A DNA stretch of 63,530 bases, counting the filler, from Lenisia limosa (taxonomy: Eukaryota > Protista > Breviatea), in the NCBI GenBank assembly GCA_001655205.1. It is 17 parts of 17 records of this genome, joined end to end, with 100 filler letters (N's around TTAATTAATTAA, not from the genome) between each part and the next. Parts side by side here need not be neighbours in the genome. Positions count along the whole stretch, not along the records: positions 50,438 to 53,507 come from LPNZ01008414.1; positions 53,608 to 54,770 come from LPNZ01004437.1; positions 54,871 to 57,593 come from LPNZ01011200.1; positions 57,694 to 59,972 come from LPNZ01011682.1; positions 60,073 to 61,281 come from LPNZ01009973.1; positions 61,382 to 63,530 come from LPNZ01006629.1; 11 more parts are not named here. One strand, written 5' to 3'. Every line of letters begins with the position of its first letter. Positions within the stretch are counted from its first letter, which is position 1. A program made the translations under genes and the position numbers. A model generated the notes under the pieces. The model was not told where the DNA came from, did no database searches, and saw nothing but the letters and a program-made list of their open reading frames with translations. Positions 50,490 to 62,212 of the stretch are shown here, one piece after another.

Positions 50490-53400
50490 ACCCCCCAACC
50501 CCAGGGCTATTCTATAGAGCAAGTCCGCGGTCATTTCAGGGTCATATTCGTGCTCAGCAATCCGAACAGAGTCACGAAGGATGGAGTAGAACCGCTTTGT
50601 GAGGTCCTGGGGGTGGGGGGTCAGAAAAAGCAAAAGCACCATAATCTACTATCAGGTTAATAAAGAATATTATTCGATTATTACTTGTGAAAGAGCACCT
50701 TACCCACCTTGACCTGTTCACAGAAGGGCGTGGTGCTGTGGAAGCCTTGTTTGCAGAACGCAGGGTCCTTCTCATTTTCAGCGTACTAAGTCGGATAAGT
50801 CGGATAATGGATGAAGGCGATGATATAACACACCATAATATGGATCTCAAAGGAACATATTATGTCAAGCACAAGTCCATGCAGTGAGACGAATTAACAA
50901 AACAAAGCATGTAACAAACCTGTGTGAGGGACGCCAGGGAGCGGCGAATGCGACTGTCCTTTGTGATCCCTCGAGAAACTAGGCCCGAGAGGGCAATGGT
51001 GGCCTGGATGTGAGGAAAAGCTTGAAAAGAATCTATTGAAATACAAGACTCCTAAGAAACAAAAAGAGAAAAGTTAACTGGGATTGAAAAACAAACCAAA
51101 GCAGTTGAGCAGTCCTGAACTGTTCTGCCCCCAACCCTCACCATAAGTTTCATTTTTGAAAAGTTCTCCTTCTTGATCTTGAAGTTGTGCTGCATGAGGG
51201 AGTAGAGAAGGCCGGCTACCGCACCGCGGGTCTCGTCGCAGTGGTGGTCGGTAAACTGATGGGTGATGATGATGACGGTGATAGAAATAGCAATAGTGAT
51301 TGGAAACAGAGAGTATGATGATGGTACTCAAATACACGATTTCGCCTTGCTTGCCTACCAGGATGAGGGCAGGGCAGAGGAGTGAGAGGCTATTGTTGTC
51401 GCCAAGAAGACGATGGGCGAACTACAAAGGTCAAAAAAGGGAGGACTATAACTAAGTAATAAAGAGAAGACACGGAAAGCATTCATTAAGACATTCCTGC
51501 ATGTTTTATACAATAAACAGACACCCAAACTGCAGCAGGGTAAGATATCCATCCCCCACCAGGTTAATGAACTCGTTGAGCAGGCGGAAGGTATGGAGCA
51601 GGGTAGGGACGGTGAGAGAGCTACAGGGTCAATTGGATGCAAAGCGAAAAGGCATCATTTGGGCAAAATAGATTGTGCGCTACTCCACCCCCCCCCCCCC
51701 NNNNNNNNNNNNNNNNNNNNNNNNNNNNNNNNNNNNNNNNNNNNNNNNNNNNNNNNNNNNNNNNNNNNNNNNNNNNNNNNNNNNNNNNNNNNNNNNNNNN
51801 NNNNNGTAACTCTGGTGCTCAGGGTCCTGGGCTGTTAGAATGCAGGCGTGCGGTAACGAAGGCTTTTCTCGACGTTTTGTTTTGTTTCGTCTGCAAGATA
51901 ATCTCATGTCCGAGTCCATTTAATTATTGCTCGCATCGATATACACTCCCCAATAGACAGCGCTTATACAAAATTTTCAAAATGAAGATATGTAGTTAAA
52001 CCAAAAGTCTGCTCTATTGGATGTTTATGCAGATTGACTGATACTGCGCTTTTAAAAAGAAACAAAGAAATCATGGAAGATGAAATCAAATATTTTCTGG
52101 TCGGGTGTATGTATATGCAAGTGCTCATACTCTTTCAATACATGGGGGAGCGCAATCGAAGAAACCAGATGATAATCTTTTTTATTTGTGAAGGGTGTGG
52201 CAAATCCCAGTCTTAATATATGACACAAAGCGACCAAACTGGATTTAAAAAACCACTTTTACCGAAAAAGAAACACCCACACAAGCTTCGTGATCCCACC
52301 CTCCCACATCCACAGCTTCCTTGAAGTCAAGCATGAAGTCGCGGACGACGCCGATGCAGCACAATGTGGCGGCCTGGCCGATATGCGCCTCACAACGAGC
52401 ATCGTAGGACTGCGGGGATGAGGGGCGGGGAGTGGAAAATATATGAAACAAAAAAAGTCCAGATCACCTCTGATGGCTGACAACACATGAGGGTTGATAA
52501 CAAGAAAACAAACAATGCCCAGGCCGGTCGATTCTGCAGCACCGCATCCATCACTCCAGCGTACAAGAGGGGGGAGCACATAAATCTCCTGCACAAGTCC
52601 CAATGAAATGAAGCCCCCATCCTACGATTTCGGTTGGAGCAGCGTCGGCGCCCTTGGTGGTGCGGGTCTTGAAGGCTGTGTTGCTCCTCATCGTATCTGC
52701 TCTCATGGACCTGGGGGGGGGGGGNNNNNNNNNNNNNNNNNNNNNNNNNNNNNNNNNNNNNNNNNNNNNNNNNNNNNNNNNNNNNNNNNNNNNNNNNNNN
52801 NNNNNNNNNNNNNNNNNNNNNNNNNNNCGGGGGAGGAGAATATTGGCGTAACTGTATTAATCACGAGCCGAATGATTTGAAATAAGAGGCAACCCATAAT
52901 AAGTATCTGATAAACTGCACCACCGTCATGCAGACCTGAGCGTATGGCTACGACGAGTGCGCGTGCTCGTGGCGCCACCCTGATAATATGCCTCAAGGTC
53001 GCTCTTGGCGTTGGTGTTGGATACGGCGACTTGTTTGGTCTGTTTGCATTTGACCGCAGTCTTTCCGGGGTACTCAAAGGCTGCAGGGTTATGTACAGCA
53101 AATTTGGAGCAATGTGTACATGTCAATAAGGGACATATTGATCACTCAATCTTTTTGCAGAAACGCTTACCCTCCCCCCGCATACTCTGGACAATGATGT
53201 TGACAAGCTGAATGACAGCCTTTTGGATGACTCCTTCCTGCCCCTCCTGGTTCTTACCCTCAACAACCTGCAGGTCCTTGTTCCCAACGCTGAGGCTGAG
53301 GTGGGAGGGTGTGAGTTCTGTAAAACATGAAGGGTTGATGTTTTCTGAATTTATGATGAAGTCGGGATATTATTGGGAGGGGTGGCTTAAGGGTGCTGAA

Positions 53401-53507
53401 TACTGAATTGGTATACTGATACTTCGCAACTCACCCCACAGAAGGATGATAAGAACGCCTGGTCTGAGAAGGAGCGAAGAGACTTCCTCGCACCCGTCAT
53501 TTGGATT
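50490..53507 (-). CDS. DOCK-C/D (zizimin-type) Rac/Cdc42 GEF, internal fragment upstream of DHR-2
   Basis: VAGLLYSLMQHNFKIKKENFSKMKLM | ATIALSGLV..IRRSLASL | FCEQVKDLTKRFYSILRDSVRIAEHEYDPEMTADLLYRIALG match DOCK6-11 LYLLMRQNF..FARVKMQVTMSLSSLV..DPEMLIDLMYRIAKG. Confidence 0.9.
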
Positions 53508-53669
53508 NNNNNNNNNNNNNNNNNNNNNNNNNNNNNNNNNNNNNNNNNNNNTTAATTAATTAANNNNNNNNNNNNNNNNNNNNNNNNNNNNNNNNNNNNN
53601 NNNNNNNTTCAAATCCAATCTCCCATAAATCTTCCATCAGTTATCAATCTTCCATCATCTTCCACCCCA

Positions 53670-54770
53670 GGCCTGCAGAACGTGGCCATCGTGACAGTCA
53701 CCAGGCTGGTCACGACCTCATTGAGCGTCGTCAATCTGACTCCCCTTTGTCCGGTCGCGGCTTCTTCGTCTTTTACTTCAGCGGCTTTACTATCCGCAGC
53801 TAAGGGCACTTTGAAGGTGGGTTTTTTTGGGCTAAGGACAAACTAAAGTTGAGTATTTTTTTTTTTATTTTTTTTTTGGGGGGGAGGTACTTTGACAGTA
53901 GAGGAGGGTAGAGGCACCCAGAAAGCTGTGTACACAGATGAAATTTCCTCCGTTTTACTCCCCCAGATTGAAATTTCCTCCGAGCCAACAATGATGTTCC
54001 CAATCTACGCGTCAAGTCGACTCCCCCCGGTCGCGCCTTCCTCGACACCGGCACTGGATTTGGTGGATTTCGATAAGGATGCTCAGGAGACTGGTTGGTG
54101 ATGATATTGTGATAATTTGTTTGGAGTTTCAGATTATTTGGTACGTGATTAGTAAATATTCCTTCAACTCACCCCCCCCCCCAGACCTAGTAACCAAGGT
54201 TCTGGACGCCTTTCACGCTGCCCTTTCATCTGGTCCGGGAGTGGTGCCTTGTCTCCATCAACTCGTGTCAAAATCAAGTCGGGTTCAAACGGTATGCTAC
54301 CAACCCCAGGTTTATTTTTGAATTTATGTATTCGTTCATTTTGATTAATTAAATAATTAGTATAGAAGTCTTTTATATTGAGTAATAATGTAGGTGAACC
54401 CAATGTTTATTTATACTATTCTCTGACGTTATTATGATGAGCAATTTATCATTTAATCCCACCTCCTTCCATTAATATATATGATATAATATACTATATG
54501 ATATACTATATATATTCACTGACAGCGATAAGTCCTGATACGGATATTGAGCTTTATCTTTAGTCAATCGTGTCACGGTCACTGTATATACATTGTATAT
54601 AATATAATATTTCTACCTGTCCTCTATTCAGAAGAATTCAACCATAAATGTTCTGTTCATCGATTCTCTCGTTTTACCCCCTTCCCCCATAGGCTGTTCT
54701 GCTGCTTTTGCGCCTTATTGTCCGCCTTAGCCCCACCACGGCTGAAGCGGCCTTGATAAAACCAAGCATG
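53670..54770 (+). CDS. Helical (ARM/HEAT-like) protein exons
   Basis: DLVTKVLDAFHAALSSGPGVVPCLHQLVSKSSRVQT | AVLLLLRLIVRLSPTTAEAALIKPSM join in frame across a GT-AG intron. Confidence 0.4.
54122..54184 (+). repeat. Intronic repeat module F ending at an acceptor AG
   Basis: GAGTTTCA(A/G)ATTATT(C/T)GGT(T/A)CGTGATTAGTA..AATATTC..C-run-AG. Other copies: 44730-44781, 52828-52885(-), partial 44556-44591. Confidence 0.8.
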
Positions 54771-54870
54771 NNNNNNNNNNNNNNNNNNNNNNNNNNNNNN
54801 NNNNNNNNNNNNNNTTAATTAATTAANNNNNNNNNNNNNNNNNNNNNNNNNNNNNNNNNNNNNNNNNNNN

Positions 54871-57575
54871 CTCGCAGAACTGTGGCGTCAGGCCTCCACG
54901 AGCACGCCTCTGTGACCCAACTTGCCCTCTCCAAACTCCAGGAGTTTGTTGCTGACCCGGACCAGAACTGTGGGGGGGGGGTAGTAAATCGGTCAAGACT
55001 TATCCGGTCACTGTATGCACAAATTTTGAAAACGCTCCCCCTTGCCCACCTTCCTTGCCCACCCCACAGCCCGGTAGCAGGCTAGTTATACTCTATACAG
55101 AACATATAAACTATATTATACTTTACATATGATACATTCAGAATATAATAGGCTCTTCATATAGTTATGGGGGTGTACGGATGCAATGTCTTACTTTCTC
55201 TTCTACAAGGGGATTGCTAGGTCTCTTACACTCCCGTCCTCACATTTCCCCCTAACAACCTAGTGAAATATCTTGGCCTCACAGCTCTATCGCTCTTCAT
55301 GGACCACCACCCCAAGGCCGTAGCAGCTCATAGAGATACCGTCATCAAGTGTTTGGACGATCCTGACGCCACTATCCGCGCGTCCGCGCTCAATCTCATT
55401 TCTGGCATGGTATGAATTGTTGTGCTTTTTCTCTCTCGATAGAACTGGGAGAAACTGGGTTAGCTGTGTAATATGGTTTTTTTTTGGGGTGATTGGGCGG
55501 GCTCAAATGGAGTGTCTTTCCACCCCCCTTAAATGTTCCTCATGATGCGGNNNNNNNNNNNNNNNNNNNNNNNNNNNNNNNNNNNNNNNNNNNNNNNNNN
55601 NNNNNNNNNNNNNNNNNNNNNNNNNNNNNNNNNNNNNNNNNNNNNNNNNNNNNNNNNNNNNNNNNNNNNNNNNNNNNNNNNNNNNNNNNNNNNNCCGCAT
55701 CCACGACTCCGACCAGAGCTACCAGGTTTGTCCCCCTCTTCTATCCTTTTTTGAACAAGAGATCTGTATTATCCTAGTTTCAATAGAGACTTAACAACAA
55801 ATATCTACCAGCTTTATGGTCATAGTTTCAATAGTGACTTTACTGCAAATATCTACATTCGGTCCTAAAAAAAAGACTGAAATTCTCTCGATATACATGT
55901 ATATATCGATATTATCACTGATCTTTCTCACCCCCCCCCCCCCNNNNNNNNNNNNNNNNNNNNNNNNNNNNNNNNNNNNNNNNNNNNNNNNNNNNNNNNN
56001 NNNNNNNNNNNNNNNNNNNNNNNNNNNNNNNNNNNNNNNNNNNNNNNNNNNNNNNNNNNNNNNNNNNCGGACTTCCAATGGTACTTTGACATTCTCATCA
56101 AGATTGCCAAGGTCAGTGAATAGGAAACTTCAAAAACGTTTCATTGCGCCTATCAACTACGGAACAAATTATATGAAAAAAACTAATTGTGCTCTGTTGA
56201 TCTTCAGCACCTTGCTCACCCTTCAGCTTGACCACACCAAGCACGGCAGTTTGGTCTCCAGCCAAATCCAAGATCTTCTTGTCAGGGTTGCTGGTATGCT
56301 GGTGTGTGTCGTAAGTACCTTCACCCCCATCCCCTTCTCCATCTCTATCGCCCCCCCTCCCTCCTTTTGAGTNNNNNNNNNNNNNNNNNNNNNNNNNNNN
56401 NNNNNNNNNNNNNNNNNNNNNNNNNNNNNNNNNNNNNNNNNNNNNNNNNNNNNNNNNNNNNNNNNNNNNNNNCATACATTTTCCAATTTTACCCGTCCTC
56501 AGGCTTACGACCCTACGGAGTGCCAGCAGTTGCCGACCTGCTCCAGATTGACGGTCTGTTTGTGACGACAATGAACGACATTCTCAGTATGGCCGCGTTC
56601 TGCTGTGGCGAGTACTGCTGCCTGCTTGCCGAGCCGATTTCGATCCTTAACTCCCTTATCAGCGTCAATGTCCAGACTCTGCCTGGTTGGTAAGGGCCAT
56701 GTCCCCCCCTCCCACTTTTCTTCAACTAATCACGCCTCGTTCTCCTCATTAGGAACATGGCCGTAGTTGCTTTTTTTGGGGTGACAATAATAAACGATAA
56801 ATATAGCAACCAAAAAAATACGTGGAGATATCAAAAACAAATTACCATAAGTTCTCATAATTGTGATGATTCTGATACATGCTACAAAATGATCATCAAT
56901 TCTCTCTTATGATCATCAATTCTCTCTTATGATCATCAAGTCAGCGTGTTAATTCTCACATTTTTCAGGTCCGATTCAGTCCGTGTACATTCAGAACGCA
57001 ATGAAGATCTTCGCTTTCGCTGCCAGTCTTGATGATTCTTGTAGGCCTTCTTGGCAATGAGAATAATATAGACTTCATGTTTTCCCAGTCTCAATGCTGG
57101 GCCTTCTTGGCCTTCTTGGCTATTAGTCATATCACAAGCATCCCCCCCCCCCCCCNNNNNNNNNNNNNNNNNNNNNNNNNNNNNNNNNNNNNNNNNNNNN
57201 NNNNNNNNNNNNNNNNNNNNNNNNNNNNNNNNNNNNNNNNNNNNNNNNNNNNNNNNNNNNNNNCGGAGGCGGTCGTCGGAATGCAGCGCCTTATTGAGGA
57301 GGCCCTTCCGAGGTTCATGTCCTCCGATAAGGTTGGGTCAGTTGCTTTGATTTTTAATTCTGGGGGATTTATATCTTCAGAGGAAGGAGTGTGCGATAAG
57401 AGGTGTCTCATTAGTTTCCCATCACGCCCATATTCTTCATCGAAATTTCCTTCGTTTTACTCCCCACGCTTGAATTTCGTTCTCTGTTATCAGTTTTTAA
57501 CACTTCAGGTGGAGGTACAAGAGAGAGCCTGTATTGTCAACTCCCTCTTCTCGTCTGTTGTTGCCATTGCTAAAG
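54871..57575 (+). CDS. AP3D1: AP-3 complex subunit delta, internal fragment
   Basis: HASVTQLALSKLQEFVADPDQNLKYLGL..HPKAVAAHRDTVIKCLDDPDATIRASALNLISGM; DFQWYFDILI; TLPGPIQSVYIQNAMK; LPRFMSSDKVEVQERA are colinear with delta-adaptin. Confidence 0.93.
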
Positions 57576-57739
57576 GTTGGGAGAGGGGGGGGGNNNNNNN
57601 NNNNNNNNNNNNNNNNNNNNNNNNNNNNNNNNNNNNNTTAATTAATTAANNNNNNNNNNNNNNNNNNNNNNNNNNNNNNNNNNNNNNNNNNNNAGTTAGT
57701 GTGAAAGCTATAAATACATGATACGCCAATTTCAAAACA

Positions 57740-59972
57740 TACCTGTCCAGGCTGAAGTGCTACCATTTTCTCCCCTGGTTTGGTAACGTAGAACCGGCAG
57801 GGACGCTGCACGTCATCAATGGTAGGTCCAACTTGGCAGGTGCGGAAAATAGCCTTATTTACATTGTTTCGATTTACATCACTTTCAATAAGTGCACGTG
57901 TGTAAAGAGTGAGGATGACTCAAAGACGCGTGGGTTCCGCAGGGACACGGAAGAAATGGTGGCCGCAACACCCTCCAAAAAGCTGCGATCTTCAGAGGAG
58001 AGCTCTTTTGTGTGGGGGTCATTTTTGAGGAAGGTTCTGGCACGGAGTCCAAGTGCCTGTTCATACGCAAGGTCTCCATTTTCTTTAACTGCTTGGATAG
58101 AGCTGGGAATTCTGCAGTTTGTCGAATTGAGGGAGTGTTGAGGAATGTTGGTTCAGCGGGGTTTTGAGATAAAGGTTGGGTGCATTTGGAGGTGCATGGA
58201 TGTTGGAATGTGTGAAGNNNNNNNNNNGTGTCGAATTGAGGGAGTGTTGAGGAATGCTGGTTCAGCGGGGGTGTTGAGATAAAGGTTGGGTGCATTTGGA
58301 GGTGCATGGATGTTGGAATGTGTGAAGAGTACACGGAGGTAATTGTGGGAAACCAGTGGGTAATCAAGGGGACGGTACGTTTCTCCTTTTTAATAAACAT
58401 TTATGTCCGTAAGGAACGGGTCATATCCATCAACGGTGTGCCCACATGACTTTTGTGAGGCCCGGATGGCGTCATATGAGGGATGCTTCATTGCCTTGCT
58501 TACAATCTCAGTCACTTCGTGAGGGCGCATATCACTACAAAATGTTTAAAAAAAGGGGGAGGAAAGTTGTAAAACTTACGCAAAAATGTAATGCTGTGTG
58601 AGGCACGGNNNNNNNNNNTAAGGAACGGGTCATATCCATCAACGGTGTACCCACATGACTTTACAATCTCAGTCACTTCGTGAGGGCGCATATCACTACA
58701 AAATGTTTAAAAGAGGGGGAGGAAAGTTGTAAAACTTACGCAAAAATGTAATGCTGTGTGAGGCACGGTATTTCAATATTTAATCTTGGGGGGTGGGGTG
58801 GGGAGGGGTCGGAACCGAGGGAAGTGAGATGGGTATTTATTATTCAACACATTGAATGTATTTCATAAGATCTCCCCCTACCGTCTGAAGTTGACAGTAA
58901 GCCATGAGGATAGAAGCTTTTGTTGTTTGTCATTCACCAGTGCGTGATAGTAAGAATCGGCAACCTGCGAAAGGGAATAGTAAGGTATGACTCAAAGCAG
59001 GAAAGGCGGCACCAAGCTCAATAAATGCTAACTCAGCAATCTAAAAATTGGTCAATACGCATNNNNNNNNNNAGTAAAATTGATGAGACAATTTGTTTCC
59101 CTAGATTGTTAATGTTTATTATTTCTCTTGTTCCCAAAAATAATAAACCGGATCCCACCTGGAGAAAGTGCGATGTAAACGAGGGTTCAATTACCAAGGC
59201 GGCACCAAGCTCAATAAATGCTAACTCAGCAATCTAAAAATTGCTCAATACGCATTTGGTACAGTCAGAAGATAACACATTTCTTACCTCGACCGCAACA
59301 TGTATCTTGGCTCCATCACCGTGGCAGACAATAGGGTTGAATGGGCTGGCATTATGGTATTTGCTTAGAAGGGCAAGGCTGTGAAGGAAAGAGCTGGTCT
59401 TGAAGTAAGCACTTTTGTTTACTCCAATAAGATCCATCCCATTGTCGGATGCAGCCTTTGAGGCTTGAGTAGTAGGAGTGTGAAGGTCAGTGTTAGTTAG
59501 TGGGTCTTCAAAGTAAGCCGCGAGAGTTTCATCGATAGAGGCGATACCGTTCTTCTTGAGGACAGTTGGGAGCTGAAGACAGAGAGAGTGAGAATATCAT
59601 CTCCGCCAATGATGATGGGTGACTTGATGATTTGGCCATCAAGGTTTNNNNNNNNNNAGAGATGGGGGAGGGGGAGTAAAATTGATGAGACAATTTGTTT
59701 CCCAAGATTTTTAATGTTTATTATTTCTCTTGTTCCCAAAAATAATAAACCGGATCCCACCTGGAGAAAGTGCGATGTAAACGAGGGTTCAATTACCAAG
59801 GCGGCACCAAGCTCAATAAATGCTAACTCAGCAATCTAAAAATTGGTAAATACTCATTTGGTACAGTCAGAAGATAACACATTTCTTACCTCTACCGCAA
59901 CATGTATCTTGACTCCATCACCGTGGCAGACAATAGGGTTGAATGGGCTGGCATTATGGTATTTGCTTAGAA
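57740..59972 (-). CDS. Hypothetical protein or pseudogene in a locally duplicated or mis-assembled scaffold
   Basis: Open segments such as QAVKENGDLAYEQALGLRARTFLKNDP..SFLEGVAATISS and DMRPHEVTEIVSKAMKHPSYD; one in-frame TAA at ~58392. Confidence 0.4.
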
Positions 59973-60204
59973 NNNNNNNNNNNNNNNNNNNNNNNNNNNN
60001 NNNNNNNNNNNNNNNNTTAATTAATTAANNNNNNNNNNNNNNNNNNNNNNNNNNNNNNNNNNNNNNNNNNNNCGTGGCGTTGGTGGGGTATTTCTTATTG
60101 TTTCGTATTTAATATAAAGAGAAATAGGTCAAAAAAACCAGGACAAAAATAAGAGTAGATGTTTCTCCATCACCGCCTGTAATAGATAACAATGAGAAAA
60201 AAAA

Positions 60205-60438
60205 TAAGGTTGTATCTGGACGAAGCCGTCCATACCATCACGCTTATAGGATAATATATTGGATTATGGTATAATATTAATTACTCCAATCATATTATAG
60301 TTATAGTATAACATATGAGGCACGCAGAAAGCTGTGTGCACAGAGTTTTAAGTCAAATGATTGCGTGAGTTAGTATAAACAATAATTCAAAATAAGCGTG
60401 ATGGTGTGGACGGCTTCGGTCGGTCAAATACAGCGTTG
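60205..60438. mobile_element. MITE family C (~234 bp)
   Basis: Inverted ends TAAGGTTGTATCTGGACGAAGCCGTCCATACCATCACGCTTAT / ATAAGCGTGATGGTGTGGACGGCTTCGG..ATACAGCGTTG. Single arms at ~11655-11716, 12550-12577, 21236-21280, 22370-22545 and 62808-62843. Confidence 0.75.
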
Positions 60439-60582
60439 AATAAATTNNNNNNNNNNNNNNNNNNNNNNNNNNNNNNNNNNNNNNNNNNNNNNNNNNNNNN
60501 NNNNNNNNNNNNNNNNNNNNNNNNNNNNNNNNNNNNNACATTTTTCAACGTTTTATTTCTCATCAATAAATGTAACATTTCA

Positions 60583-60819
60583 GGCTATGACTTGAAGAAG
60601 ACCTATGCAGCCGCAGCAAAAAGTATGACGGGATTGTTTTTTTGTTGTAAGTCTAATTTCTTTTTTTGTTACTCCCCCCTTTTTTTGTTCCATAAATTTT
60701 CCAATAACCATATACCCTCCCCAGCTATGAGTCTGTTAGAACTGAAGTACCAGTACCAGAGTGATCGGTACTCTGCTGAAGACTTACTCAAGATTCTTTG
60801 GAAGGAAATTGAAGAGTCG
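60583..60819 (+). CDS. Two exons of a hypothetical protein
   Basis: GYDLKKTYAAAAK | MSLLELKYQYQSDRYSAEDLLKILWKEIEES, in phase across a GT-AG intron. Confidence 0.4.
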
Positions 60820-62212
60820 TAATGGTGGGAATTTGGGGGGGGGGGGGTTCCCCANNNNNNNNNNNNNNNNNNNNNNNNNNNNNNNNNNNNNNNNNNNNNN
60901 NNNNNNNNNNNNNNNNNNNNNNNNNNNNNNNNNNNNNNNNNNNNNNNNNNNNNNNNNNNNNNNNNNCTTGGGGGAATTGAAATAATCTTTGTCTACAATC
61001 TTATTTTTGTAGGATTCTTGTCCTCCCTCTCCACACCGCTTTGTTTTTCACTGTTTTAGGTGTTGCATAAGAATAGGAAGGTTTGGTAGTTAGTATGGTA
61101 TGTATGGTGTTTCACGCAGGTGGTTGAGTGTTTCTTTAATTATTCTCACGCTACTTATTGTTTTTTTTTGTTTCATAGGACTGCTTTTAGGCAATTTCCA
61201 CATTCATATGTTCAACGGGTCCGGTCAACACTAATTTACAATATATTACAACACGAAATAGACTGTTAAACCATAAACCAANNNNNNNNNNNNNNNNNNN
61301 NNNNNNNNNNNNNNNNNNNNNNNNNTTAATTAATTAANNNNNNNNNNNNNNNNNNNNNNNNNNNNNNNNNNNNNNNNNNNNCCATCACTCCAGCGTACCG
61401 GGGTTAGATAGGGATTAGAAATAAAACAAGGTTTTATCTGTGCGACGCCCTCCACAACAACATCACGGTTACTGGATGATAGGATAATATTAATTCACCC
61501 AATCATCATAGTACAAACTTATTTCTTCATCATAGTAGCCCTTCTGTTTCCAGTTTTCACCAACTGTTTTAGAATATCATTATTTTTTCAATCCAAAACA
61601 CAGTTCCATATTGGACAATCCTTTCGTTTCCCTTCTTGCCTTACACTTCACACAACATACAGCGAACCCTTTTTCTCCTCCTTTCCTGACACAGAAAGAA
61701 ACAAGACCAATAGATACCCCGAGCTAATACAACTCGACACAACATACCAGCTTGATCAAGAGAGGGGGATGCCACACGAGCGGAAGGAGTAAAGTAGAAA
61801 TACAGGCAATATAATAAGTATAAAATAGGCATGTCCTTAATAGCAGCGAGGAGAGAGCTTGATATTACGATTGGACGTAAAGAGAGCCACCAACCGGGAG
61901 CACCTTCAAAGAAGCGGTCATTGCACAAGTCATCCCCGGAATATCTGTTACTTTACTGTCTACTATTAAATTAAGTGATTGTAAAGAGGTTACAGTGTAA
62001 AGCCGGAATTTTTTTTTTAGGAGAGGTTCCGTGAATTGATTTCGTCACAATTTCCTTTTAACAAGGAAAATCTCGGATTTCAGGCCTCTATTTTGACGAA
62101 TAAAGATGTCTTGCTGCCAAAAGAAGGTATTGCGGGAAGATAGGTTTTTCTTGGGTATGCGTGTTTGGCTGTTCTCGGCGTTAACGGCCTTCTAGCCTCC
62201 CTTTTCCTTCTA

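Noticed and set aside
58130-59972. Tandem duplications at 58130-58330, 58390-58770 and 59010-59972
   Set aside because: Each pair is split by a 10-N gap and differs by only a few SNPs, which is typical of overlapping haplotype contigs joined by the scaffolder. It cannot be called a real duplication without reads.
2836-61381. Regularly recurring TTAATTAATTAA palindrome, and gene neighbourhoods across it
   Set aside because: It is always flanked by exactly 44 N on each side, so it is an assembly concatenation linker. No operon or cluster inference is valid across it.
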